From a bacterium (GTDB lineage: Bacteria > SZUA-182 > DTGQ01 > JAFGSM01), in NCBI GenBank assembly GCA_049472335.1, contig JBLIRO010000001.1, positions 87,015 through 151,014 of the forward strand: 64,000 nt of DNA. The letters run 5' to 3'. Both the position numbers and the translations under genes were made by a program. Below the pieces are notes generated by a model, which was given only the letters and a program-made list of their open reading frames with translations, ran no database searches and was not told the DNA's origin. Every line of letters begins with the position of its first letter. Positions within the stretch are counted from its first letter, which is position 1. Shown one piece after another: positions 25,876 to 35,700 of this stretch.

Positions 25876-28683
25876 TTATTCTCCTTTTTTATTTTCTTTA
25901 TAGGGTAATTCAATTATAAAGGTAGTTCCGCTCCCTTCTTCACTCTCAAAAAAAATCTTACCATTATGGTTTTCTTCTATAAACCTTTTACTTACTGCCA
26001 ATCCAAGCCCGGTTCCAATTTCTTTTTTTGTGGTAAAAAAAGAGGTAAAGACCTTTTTTTGATTTGATTCTGATATACCCATGCCATTATCTTTAAATCT
26101 TATCTCTATCTTATCCTCTAATTTTTTGGTTGTAATAATAAGTTTATCCCCTTTATCTCTCATGGAATCATAGGCATTATTTATAAGATTAAGAAATACC
26201 TGGAGCATCTGGAATCTATCAAAGTTGAACTCTTTGACATTTTCACCAAATTCTAAAATAACCTTTATTCTTCCAATTAGGAGTATCCTTATACCTTTTA
26301 TAAATTCGACAGCCTCCTCTATAACCTCATGAATATTAGCTGATATTAATTTTGTGCCAGCCCTTTTACTAAAGACTTCTATCTTATCAATTATTTCTGT
26401 AGCAGATTTTATGCCCTTTAAAATCCATTTAAGATTATCATCAAAATCCTGCCTTTGAAGACTTATCTTATCCTTTAAAATATCTGTTTGTACAAGTATG
26501 GTATTAAGAGGGTTTTTTATTTGATGAGCCATGATCCCTGACATATTCATCATATTCTGGATTGTCTCCTGGTGCATTTTCTTAAAATTGTCTTCCTTTT
26601 CCATTAAAAGCTGTACATTATAGATTAGTAGAGCTATCTGATTGGTGATGGTTTTTAAAAGGATTTCATCGTCCTTAGTAAATCTATTCTTAATAGCGGA
26701 GGCAATCATAAATATACCTTTTAATCTATCCCTGAATATCATCGGTGCAGCTATCTCAGATTTTATTGTAGAATCGATATCTTTATGTCCTGAGTAATTA
26801 GACACATCATCTATAGATAAGATTTTTTGTTCTTTGGCCGCAGCACCCATAATCCCCTCCCCGATTTCTCTAAATGAACCTTCTATTAATCCAGGAATAT
26901 TTTCGACAACTATATATTTAAGTTTACTTTTGCACTCTACTAATTCTTCTAAGGCAATAGCACCTTTTGAAATACCAACTAAGACTAAACACTTTTTAAG
27001 GAATCCCCGTAATATATGTGCAATATTGATATCTTTTGTTATCACCGAGAAAGAATCTGCAATCTCTCTGACTGTATCAAGACGTTCCTGAAGCTCTTGT
27101 CTTTTTAATGCTATAGCCGCCAAGAGAGCAAGGTCTTTAAATATATCTAAATCTTCATCCGTAAATCCATATGGCTCAATCTTATGAGCGTCGATAGTTC
27201 CTATTTTCTCATCACCAACTTTTAGAGGTGCTGATATCTCTGAACGCATTAATTGTTTTTCCTTAATCAATCTCTCGAATTCCTCTTGGCCCATTTTCTT
27301 TATTAACAAGTTACACCAAACAATATCCGTATAGGCATCATCAACTTTTTTGGCAATTCCTGATTTGACCACCTGTCCACATATCCCCATTCCAACTGGT
27401 ATTTTTTCAATATCTCCATCAAGAACATTACCATTATGTGGACTTTTCTTGGAACTACTTACCCTTATTAAAACCCCTTCTTCAATCTTTAGAAATCTAA
27501 TATTACCGCTACTCGCCCCAACTAATTTTAAACCACTAAAAAGGATTTTATCTAATAGGATTTGCATATTTGACTCGGCAACAATATCCTTAGTTAATTG
27601 ATGAAGCAGCTCTAGTCTATCTATCTTTTCCTTTACCCTTTTTTCTGCCTTTTCATAAGCATCCAAATGCTTATATGCAAGTGTTGTTATAGCTGACAAA
27701 TTGTTAAAAAATCTCTTTTCAGATTCACCAAAGACCTTTTGATCTTCATAAACTATAAACACACCCTTTGGTTTATCATCTAAAACAAAAGGTGTTATCA
27801 GCATTGATCTGAGGGATTCAAGGAATTTACTCAGTTTTGGTCTTTTTGATTTATTTTCTTTTATAATCTTCCATAGATCATTATCAGTGGCAGTATTAAT
27901 AATAATTGATTCATTTTGATCTAAAACTTTCTTAAATAATGGCTCATCAATAGGAAATGACTCTAAAAGAAAAGGCAATTCAGGTTTAAGATTTTTGGCA
28001 ACTAACCTATCTCCTTCAATTAGTCTAATTACAAAACCAGGGCTATGCCCATAAATCTCTTTATACCCATAAGAACATGCATCCTCAATGATTTTTAATA
28101 TATTATCCTTACTGTTAATCTTTTCAATATCTTTTGCATATTTAATAACATTTTTAAGCTGTAGGGACTTTCTATTCATCCTCAGGCGAAGATAACTGTT
28201 TGTAATATGGGATATCAATATATCTAAATACAATTTGAACTGTCCCTCTTTTTCTTCCAATATATACCCTTCATCATAAAGTAAAATTATTTCACCAATT
28301 TTTACATTACTTTTTATCTGTTTAATAAATATGGGGATGTAAAATAGATTCTTTATTCTGTTTTTATCTATGATTTTTTTAAAATTCAATGAAACTATGT
28401 CAAGACCTGCAAGGTCTTCAATAACCCTATAACTATCAAAATCAAAGAATGGGATTTGCTGCCCGCTATCATCAAATGAAAACACTTTACCTTCATGGTC
28501 GATGCACAGTTCTATAAAAAAAAGATGCCAATTAATATTATATAATGTTAGGCAGCCTTTTTTTGCATTTGAAATCCCAATTAACCTTATCAAATCAGAT
28601 TTAATGGTTTCTTTTATTCTTTCTTCTTCATAAGATTGAAGAACATCATCAAGTTTAATCTCTTTCAAATCAATTTGACCCAT
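25876..28683 (-). CDS. Soluble multi-GAF sensor histidine kinase
   Basis: MAHQIKNPLNTI (H-box), KDNGMGI and GTGLGLAVS (ATPase), and several GAF-like segments. No TM helix is seen. I prefer the ATG at 28683 (AAGGAG about 8 nt upstream) over the track start at 28722. Confidence 0.8.
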   Translation of the reverse strand: MGQIDLKEIKLDDVLQSYEEERIKETIKSDLIRLIGISNAKKGCLTLYNINWHLFFIELCIDHEGKVFSFDDSGQQIPFFDFDSYRVIEDLAGLDIVSLNFKKIIDKNRIKNLFYIPIFIKQIKSNVKIGEIILLYDEGYILEEKEGQFKLYLDILISHITNSYLRLRMNRKSLQLKNVIKYAKDIEKINSKDNILKIIEDACSYGYKEIYGHSPGFVIRLIEGDRLVAKNLKPELPFLLESFPIDEPLFKKVLDQNESIIINTATDNDLWKIIKENKSKRPKLSKFLESLRSMLITPFVLDDKPKGVFIVYEDQKVFGESEKRFFNNLSAITTLAYKHLDAYEKAEKRVKEKIDRLELLHQLTKDIVAESNMQILLDKILFSGLKLVGASSGNIRFLKIEEGVLIRVSSSKKSPHNGNVLDGDIEKIPVGMGICGQVVKSGIAKKVDDAYTDIVWCNLLIKKMGQEEFERLIKEKQLMRSEISAPLKVGDEKIGTIDAHKIEPYGFTDEDLDIFKDLALLAAIALKRQELQERLDTVREIADSFSVITKDINIAHILRGFLKKCLVLVGISKGAIALEELVECKSKLKYIVVENIPGLIEGSFREIGEGIMGAAAKEQKILSIDDVSNYSGHKDIDSTIKSEIAAPMIFRDRLKGIFMIASAIKNRFTKDDEILLKTITNQIALLIYNVQLLMEKEDNFKKMHQETIQNMMNMSGIMAHQIKNPLNTILVQTDILKDKISLQRQDFDDNLKWILKGIKSATEIIDKIEVFSKRAGTKLISANIHEVIEEAVEFIKGIRILLIGRIKVILEFGENVKEFNFDRFQMLQVFLNLINNAYDSMRDKGDKLIITTKKLEDKIEIRFKDNGMGISESNQKKVFTSFFTTKKEIGTGLGLAVSKRFIEENHNGKIFFESEEGSGTTFIIELPYKENKKGE

Positions 28684-28891
28684 TTTATTCTCCTTAAAAC
28701 AAAAAGTGTCTGCAGCTTTCATTTATATATTTTAAATTTATATTTTATCTATTGTTTATATTTTTTCAATAGCGTAAGGGAAAAACTATTTTTCTCCCTT
28801 TCTTTCTGGGAAACGGTTGGATGAAGGAGTTTTTAATGAAAAGTATACATTTCTTTAGGGTTAGTATGAAAGATGCCAAAAATAAAATCAT

Positions 28892-29119
28892 CTATGCTGC
28901 CTTTTTTGTGATACACTCTTGATTTGGGATTACAATATAACCTTGATTTAAGATTGAATTAATTTTAAGATTTTTACTCCTATAGGATTTAATATAATGG
29001 TTAAAACATCTATTTGAACAAAACCATCTAATTTTTAATGCAGGGTTTAATCTAAAGGTAAGAGAATTCCTGGGTCTTTTCCTTTTATAATTATGGCATT
29101 GAAACATTTTGGATTTCAT
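28892..29119 (-). CDS. Small basic protein with a partial TRASH/YHS-like Cys motif
   Basis: 75 aa with …WFCSNRCFNHY…. A strong GAGGAGG lies upstream of the ATG. Confidence 0.5.
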   Translation of the reverse strand: MKSKMFQCHNYKRKRPRNSLTFRLNPALKIRWFCSNRCFNHYIKSYRSKNLKINSILNQGYIVIPNQECITKKAA

Positions 29120-29171
29120 ATTATTTCCTCCTCTTAATTTCTCTATTAAATAATTATGATAAAAACTCTAT

Positions 29172-29313
29172 GCCCCATCTAATATATACTTTAAATAGTT
29201 ACAATTTGAGCTCTTTGTATGTTCACCCTCACCCCACCCTCTCCCAGAGGAAGAGGACAAATATGACGTTGAAGAATTAGAGCAAAGTATTGATTATGAT
29301 TATTAGATGGAGC
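29172..29313. repeat. 142-bp palindromic (MITE- or hairpin-like) element
   Basis: The termini GCCCCATCTAATA (29172-29184) and TATTAGATGGAGC (29301-29313) are inverted repeats (12 of 13). A central CCCTCTCC…GGAAGAGG hairpin region lies between them. Confidence 0.45.
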
Positions 29314-29338
29314 ACAGAAATCTTTACCGTTGATATAC

Positions 29339-29524
29339 TCACGCTACCTTTTTCAAGTTACCAAATTGTGCATAGAATTTTGAGATCATAAGAAAATAAT
29401 GAAAACACTCTAAGCTACAGAAATATTTATCAGGATAATATGGCACTTTTTGGGCACTCTCTTTTGTAATGTGGTCCTTACAGTAAGGACATGTTACTAT
29501 TTTTTTCCCTTCTTGAGTATTCAT
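29339..29524 (-). CDS. Small TRASH/YHS-type zinc-finger protein, co-transcribed with ppsA
   Basis: CPYC-x20-CSLEC (C-x2-C…C-x3-C) with FCSLECFHYF. AAGGAGG lies upstream. The start is 13 nt after the ppsA stop. Confidence 0.6.
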   Translation of the reverse strand: MNTQEGKKIVTCPYCKDHITKESAQKVPYYPDKYFCSLECFHYFLMISKFYAQFGNLKKVA

Positions 29525-29537
29525 ATTTTACCTCCTT

Positions 29538-32000
29538 TTAAGCTACTTTTTTGTAATGATCCCTATATTCTGTAAAAAACATTTCTTGAATATGCATCTT
29601 TTCAACCTCCTTTACCTCTTTTTCTTGTTGTTTATGCTCATAACAAATGACTCTTTTGGTTGTTTGAAGAACAGAGTCTGGATTTAAAGAGATACTGTCA
29701 ATTCCACAACCTATTAAAAATTCTGCAAAATCAGGATAATCACTCGGAGCCTGTCCACATATCCCTATCTTTTTCCCTTTCTTTTTTGCTTTCATAATAG
29801 CTTCCTGTATCATCTTTTTAACAGCACTATTCCTTTCATTAAAAATGTATGCAACCTTTTCAGAATCACGATCAAGCCCTAAGACCAGTTGTGTAAGATC
29901 ATTTGAGCCGATAGAGAAACCGTCAAAAATGTCTGCAAATTCCTCAAGAAGTATCACATTACTGGGTATCTCAACCATCATATATATCTCCAGTTCATTT
30001 TTACCCTGAACTAATTCATAACCTTTCATCCTATCAATAACATTTTTCCCTTCTTCAACTGTTCTACAAAAAGGTATCATTAATTTAACATTGTTAAAAC
30101 CCATTTCATCCCTTACTATTTTCATTGCCCTACATTCTAATTTGAATGCCTCGGAAAAATTTTTATGAAGATAACGGGATGCCCCTCTAAAACCGATCAT
30201 TGGATTATTCTCACTATGTTCAAAGACTCTGCCTCCTACCAAATCCGCATATTCGTTTGTCTTAAAATCGCTCATTCTTACAATCACATCTTTAGGATAG
30301 AAAGCAGATGCAATTTGAGCGACTCCTTCAGCCAATTTGTTAATATAAAATTTCACTTTATTATCATAACCTCTTGTTATCATATTGATAGTCTCTGTTG
30401 TATTATGATCCATACTACTAAAACCAAGCAAGGCATTTGGATGAATTTTTATATTATTAAGTATAATAAATTCAATTCTCGCCAGACCGACACCATCATT
30501 TGGTATTCTTGAAAATCTAAACGCTTCATTTGGATTCCCTATATTCAGCATTATCTTAGTCTTTGGTCTTTTTAGATTTTCTATATCTTCTTTTTCAATA
30601 TGAAATCTTAATTGACCTTCATAAACATAACCTATATCACCCTTTGCACAACATATGGTGATTTTTTGATCTTGCTCCAGAATCTTGGTTGCCATTTCAG
30701 ACCCAACAATAGCCGGCACCTCTAATTCTCTGCTTACAATTGCAGCATGACATGTCCTTCCACCTTTATCAGTCACGATTCCACTAGCCAGTTTCATAAT
30801 TGGCTCCCAGGAAGGGTCTGTCATTTCTGTAACTAATATGTCCCCTTTTTTAAATTTTTCACTCTCTGAATTATCCTTAACGATATTTACATTACCCCTA
30901 GAAATCTTCTGCCCTATTGCTTGTCCTGAAACTAAAAACTTTCCTTCATTATCATCAAGCACATAATGTTCAATAATAGCTTTGTCTTTTATTGAACATA
31001 CCGTCTCGGGTCTGGCTTGAAGAATATAGAACTCTCCATTGATTCCATCTTTACCCCATTCAATGTCCACAGTATAACCATAGTAATCCTCGATTTTGCA
31101 TCCCAGTCCTGCTAAAAATTTGATCTCATCGTCTTTTAAGACAAATTTATCTTGTTCTTCTTGAGTGACTTGAGCACTTGTTATTCCTTCTTCTTTAAGC
31201 CGATAAATTTTTTTCTTATCTTTAGAACCTAATTTCTTTTTAATAATTGGTAAACCCATATGTTGTTGAAGTTCCCACTTATACACTACATATTCATCCG
31301 GATTTGTCGAGCCCTCAACAATACTCTCACCCAATCCATAAGAAGCTGTGATGATTATTGCATCTTCAAATCCTGTCTCAGTATCGACCGTAAACATTAC
31401 CCCTGAACAAGCAAGATCAGAGCGAACCATTTTTTGCACTCCCACTGAAATATATACCTCTGAATCTTTGAATCCCCTGTCTAATCTGTAACTTATTGCC
31501 CTATCATTATAAAGGGATGCAAAACATTTTTTTACATGTTCTATTAAAGATGATACTCCTCGTATATTTAAATAGGTATCCTGCTGGCCTGCAAAACTGG
31601 CATTTTTAAGATCTTCAAGGGTGGCGCTACTCCTAACGGCAACATCTGTTTCCTTTTCATATTGATCACATAATTTCTTATATGCAATGGCAATTTCTGT
31701 TTCAATTTGCTCGGGCATATCGATATTCAAAATTAACTTTTTTATTTCTTCACTAATCTTTTTTAGTGTAACAATATCAGGATTATCTAAATCCTTTAAA
31801 AGCTCAACGATCTTTGATTTTATTTTTGTGTTTCCTATAAAATCTTTAAATGCATCTGCGGTTATTGCGAAACCGTTAGGGACTTTAATACCATTATTTT
31901 TGAATTCCTTGTAAAGAACACCTAAAGAGACATTTTTGCCACCAACTAAGTCAATATCATTCGAATTAATCTCTTCAAAAAATTTAATATACCTACTCAT
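29538..32000 (-). CDS. ppsA: Phosphoenolpyruvate synthase (pyruvate, water dikinase)
   Basis: VGGKNVSLG (N-terminal ATP-grasp), the TDKGGRTCHAAIVSRELEVPAIVG phospho-His motif, GSNDLTQL in the C-terminal PEP-utilising barrel, 820 aa. Confidence 0.9.
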   Translation of the reverse strand: MSRYIKFFEEINSNDIDLVGGKNVSLGVLYKEFKNNGIKVPNGFAITADAFKDFIGNTKIKSKIVELLKDLDNPDIVTLKKISEEIKKLILNIDMPEQIETEIAIAYKKLCDQYEKETDVAVRSSATLEDLKNASFAGQQDTYLNIRGVSSLIEHVKKCFASLYNDRAISYRLDRGFKDSEVYISVGVQKMVRSDLACSGVMFTVDTETGFEDAIIITASYGLGESIVEGSTNPDEYVVYKWELQQHMGLPIIKKKLGSKDKKKIYRLKEEGITSAQVTQEEQDKFVLKDDEIKFLAGLGCKIEDYYGYTVDIEWGKDGINGEFYILQARPETVCSIKDKAIIEHYVLDDNEGKFLVSGQAIGQKISRGNVNIVKDNSESEKFKKGDILVTEMTDPSWEPIMKLASGIVTDKGGRTCHAAIVSRELEVPAIVGSEMATKILEQDQKITICCAKGDIGYVYEGQLRFHIEKEDIENLKRPKTKIMLNIGNPNEAFRFSRIPNDGVGLARIEFIILNNIKIHPNALLGFSSMDHNTTETINMITRGYDNKVKFYINKLAEGVAQIASAFYPKDVIVRMSDFKTNEYADLVGGRVFEHSENNPMIGFRGASRYLHKNFSEAFKLECRAMKIVRDEMGFNNVKLMIPFCRTVEEGKNVIDRMKGYELVQGKNELEIYMMVEIPSNVILLEEFADIFDGFSIGSNDLTQLVLGLDRDSEKVAYIFNERNSAVKKMIQEAIMKAKKKGKKIGICGQAPSDYPDFAEFLIGCGIDSISLNPDSVLQTTKRVICYEHKQQEKEVKEVEKMHIQEMFFTEYRDHYKKVA

Positions 32001-32286
32001 TTTAAATCCTCCTTATTAATAGTTATTATGGTTAATATAAATGGTAAAATTTTTTTAATATTTCTAAAAAAATTGAAAAATCTTAACTGTTTAATTAATC
32101 AAAAATCACTGCCTTCTGAATTAATACTAAACGCATATTCCATGCTTAAAAATTTTCCAATTGTTCTTTCTAAGACTTTATTAAGTTTTTCAATATATTA
32201 TGGGAAATATTATTGCCAAACTATTTTTAAGATAAGCTTATACTTAGTGGTAAATTTTACAACTTTGGTAGGATTAACCAAATTAA

Positions 32287-32514
32287 ACTCAGCGAGGTCC
32301 GCCCGCAGGACTGTTACAGACTATTGGAGAGACCAGGGGGCAGCTCTCCCATGGAGAGAAAAGCCGCCTTTACAGGGTAAGGGCCTTTTTTCAAAAGGCG
32401 GACCTTATCATCCTGGATGAGACCTTTGCGGTGCTGGCCTCCCGGACCCTCGAACAATGTCTTCAATGTTTGCTCCACCGGGCCCAACCCCTTTTGGTGA
32501 TAACTCATCATTAA
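32287..32514 (+). pseudogene. ABC transporter ATP-binding domain, C-terminal fragment (copy 2)
   Basis: The frame that is open from 32287 reads …PAGLLQTIGETRGQLSHGEKSRLYRVRAFFQKADLIILDETFAVLASRTLEQCLQCLLHRAQPLLVITHH, with stop at 32512-32514. It is homologous to 1556-1785 and to about 45 nt beyond the stop. Confidence 0.7.
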
Positions 32515-32732
32515 CCAAAGCCATAAACCATAAGCATAAAAATTTACTCACAGGTGCCTTGGGGAAGACAAAATAATTGAAAAGACAGTCTACGATTATT
32601 ACTCAAATCATAAAACAAATTTTTTTCAAAATCAAAGATATGGTCTATGATTTCCGGTAAAATTTCTGATTATCAGACAGCCTCCTTGCCACAAATTTAT
32701 TTGCCCATAATAAGAATTTGCTGAACAACTCC

Positions 32733-35700
32733 TTATTCAACTTTAAAGTGCCAGTCAGCACCGTTATTATTGTCCCATGAATTCATTGTGATGTTGTGGA
32801 AGACCATATCGAGTTTTGTAGCCTGCGCAGGAACAGGAATCATGCACTCATAGACAAACTCTTCCGGGTTCCAGCTCATTGGTATATCCCCCTGAGGTGT
32901 TCCTGTTCCGCTCCAGTTGTTGATTCCCCAGTGACACTCTATTTGCTGCTCCGCGGTTGCCCGATAAGAAACCTTAACATCCGATCCGGGCTTTGCAGGA
33001 TTTGGGTCGATCTCCACCTTTTCCCCGGAAATATTCATCAAACCTGTAAGCAGACTGATAAATTCCCCATTATTGACAGGATCATTAAAAAGAAAAACCC
33101 TGACATCATGGGGAGGAACAGAAGTGCTTAACTCGTTGGAGGTCACATTATAAGATTCCCCTGAATCCGCATCCGTCCATGTTCCGTTACTCATATACTT
33201 GGTCATTTTAAAAGAAGCAGGACTGTCTCCCTTGTTCAAAAGCACTAAGGCGGTTTGATTTACCCCATTATGTTGGAATACACGATAAAGTGAAGCCGTA
33301 TTGCTGCCAAGGGATATGTTCACTTGAAGCCCCTTCTGAAGGGCCGGACTTTTTCGCCGGACATGTGCGATCTTTCTCAATCGTTGATATACTGTGCCTG
33401 CCCGCGCCTCAGAGATGTTCAACTCTCCATAATAGTTCCTGTTCCCTTGATGTTCCGATTTGCCTGCCATAAAGCGCTTTTCAGAGCCATAATAGATGCA
33501 GGGGATGCCACGCGTCGTAAATAACCAGTTATGGGCATCGATAAAGCCGTTTTCATTTGCATTCATCCTTGCCATATCATGATTGTCGTAAAATGTGACC
33601 AGCTCATAGGGGATGGTATATGTTCCGTCTGTCAGATGGAGATATCCCTCCAGGGAGGCATAGCTCCCGCCCCCGGAAAATACCGAACTAATAGCCGCCT
33701 TACCGGGAAAATCAAGGACACTGATATTTCCATTTTCGGGCTTTTGATGCTGGGCAATCGCACCTGCGTTGTAATTAAAATTTTCACCAAACATAAAGAA
33801 ATCGGGATGATTTTGACGAATTCTATCGGCGAATTGCTTCCAGAAGGAATGGGGCATCCATGCGATGGTATCTATGCGGAAAGCGTAAGCACCTTGATCG
33901 ATCCATTGCAGGTAAGCGCCGGCAAGATATGCCAGTACATCCGGATTCTCTTCCCTTAGATCCGAAAGCTGGGCAAGCCCTCCTCCCCTGTTATAAAACC
34001 TGTGAAGGGGATTGTTGTAATCGAGGTTAGCAGGAGGAAGATTTTGATGGTCTGCGACCAGGGTGCCGTTTTTGTCATATATCTCCCCGAACTTCGGCTG
34101 ATCATTCGGCATTGTAAAGGATGGGGAAGCATGGTTGCAGACGATATCCAGGATAATTTTTAAGCCGTGATCATGAAGCATCTTGGTGGTGAACTCTGCG
34201 AATGTAAAACCATTCGATTCATAGTGTTCATCAACCCTGTAGAAATTAACACCCCAATACCCGTGGTAGCCGGTCTTACCGCCATCAGATCCGATTCCTG
34301 CACCATAGCTGCAAGGTTGTCCACCCGTAAATGCTTCATCCGGATTGTCCACAATCGGCGTTATCCATATGGAGGTAAATCCCATGTCTTTGATATAACC
34401 GGCATTTTCATAAATGCCTTCAAAATCACCCCCCATGTATCCTATATTGGCATACTGTCCGCCATCCCCTGTCATTTTAAGCTCCCATGTCGGATAACTG
34501 CTTGCCCTCCCCTGATCTCTATGATCATTTTCAGTATTACCATTCACAAATCGATCGGTTATCACAAAATAGATATTTTCTCCTGCAAATCCATTTGTGG
34601 TCCCGTAGAATTCTTTTAATGACCCATTCTCACTGACTACGAAGACATTCCTGGTTACTATATTCTCTGCGCCACTATTATCAATAACGGCCAGGGTAAT
34701 TTCATAGCTGCCTGGTTCCGTGTAGGCATGGCTTGCCTTTTTTCCTGGGGCATCATACGTACCGTCGGATTTCCAATCCCATTTATATTCAACAATGTTT
34801 CCGTCACTATCCGTTGAATCGGAGGCATCAAATTGTATTTTTTCAGACACCTTCGGTTTGAGAGGGGCATAAATAAAGCTTGCCGTAGGTGAAACATTTT
34901 TGGATCCGGAATTCGAGGCGCCTGGTGTGGGTTTGAGAAGTGTACCCCAAATGTCGCTTCCGTCAGGGTATCTTCCTATTGACTTGTTCTTCCCCGGATT
35001 TTTTGAATATATATAGGAGTCAATAACTTTACCATTGGGATCTATAAGATTGACAGTGTCCCCAGTGTTTTTTAAATAGGCATACATTTTAATAAGATAA
35101 AAATCCTTTGGCTTAATGGTGGTCCCCTTTGGTATCTTTTTGGGAGATCTACCTGCGTTCAATACATTATCTACTTTAAAACCACTCAGATCTATTGTGC
35201 TGGTCCCGGTATTATATAACTCTATAAACTCACGATTAGGAGCTGAGGGGGCCGGCATGAATTCATTGATCTTTAACGCGCTGTAATCATCTGCCTTTTT
35301 GACTGCCAGAATGACACCATCTCGAGCATCCACATTGCTCACCGTTATCTGGTCAGATTTGACAGCACAGGTGTTACCATGGATCTCATCAAAGAGATTC
35401 GTTCCTTCTGGTATTAATCCGTAAAGTTTAATTGTTGCATCCTTCGGAGAGGAGGAATTGTTGATGACCACTATAACCGTTTCATCGGATGAACGGCGGG
35501 CATAGGCATAGACCTTGTTCCCTTTGTGTTTGTAAATTGTCCGAATGTGCGGTGATCTCAGGGCATCATGGGAAAGTCTTATCTTTATGAGCTTTCTATA
35601 AAGCTCATTGATTTCAGCCCGTTTTGGATGTGAATAATCCTCCCATTCCATCGCAGACCTGTTTCCGGGATCCTTATTTGCCCCTGGCCACTGGGACATC

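Noticed and set aside
28866-28890. Sigma54 promoter upstream of the kinase operon (minus strand TTGGCATCTTTCATACT)
   Set aside because: The GG element is present, but the -12 position reads AC instead of GC. TGGCACTTTTTGGGCA at 29447-29462 (plus strand) has the right GG-N10-GC spacing but lies inside the small Zn-finger ORF and points antisense into ppsA.
29221-29260. CACCCTCACCCCACCCTCTCCCAGAGGAAGAGG, which in reverse translates to the widespread …GEG…-type peptide seen in many spurious annotations
   Set aside because: It lies inside the palindromic non-coding element, no ORF of meaningful length covers it, and it is treated as part of the repeat.
32028-32420. 130-aa plus-strand ORF upstream of ABC fragment copy 2
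   Set aside because: It is AT-rich, low-complexity sequence that runs into the fragment in the wrong frame. The homologous frame is the one ending at 32514.
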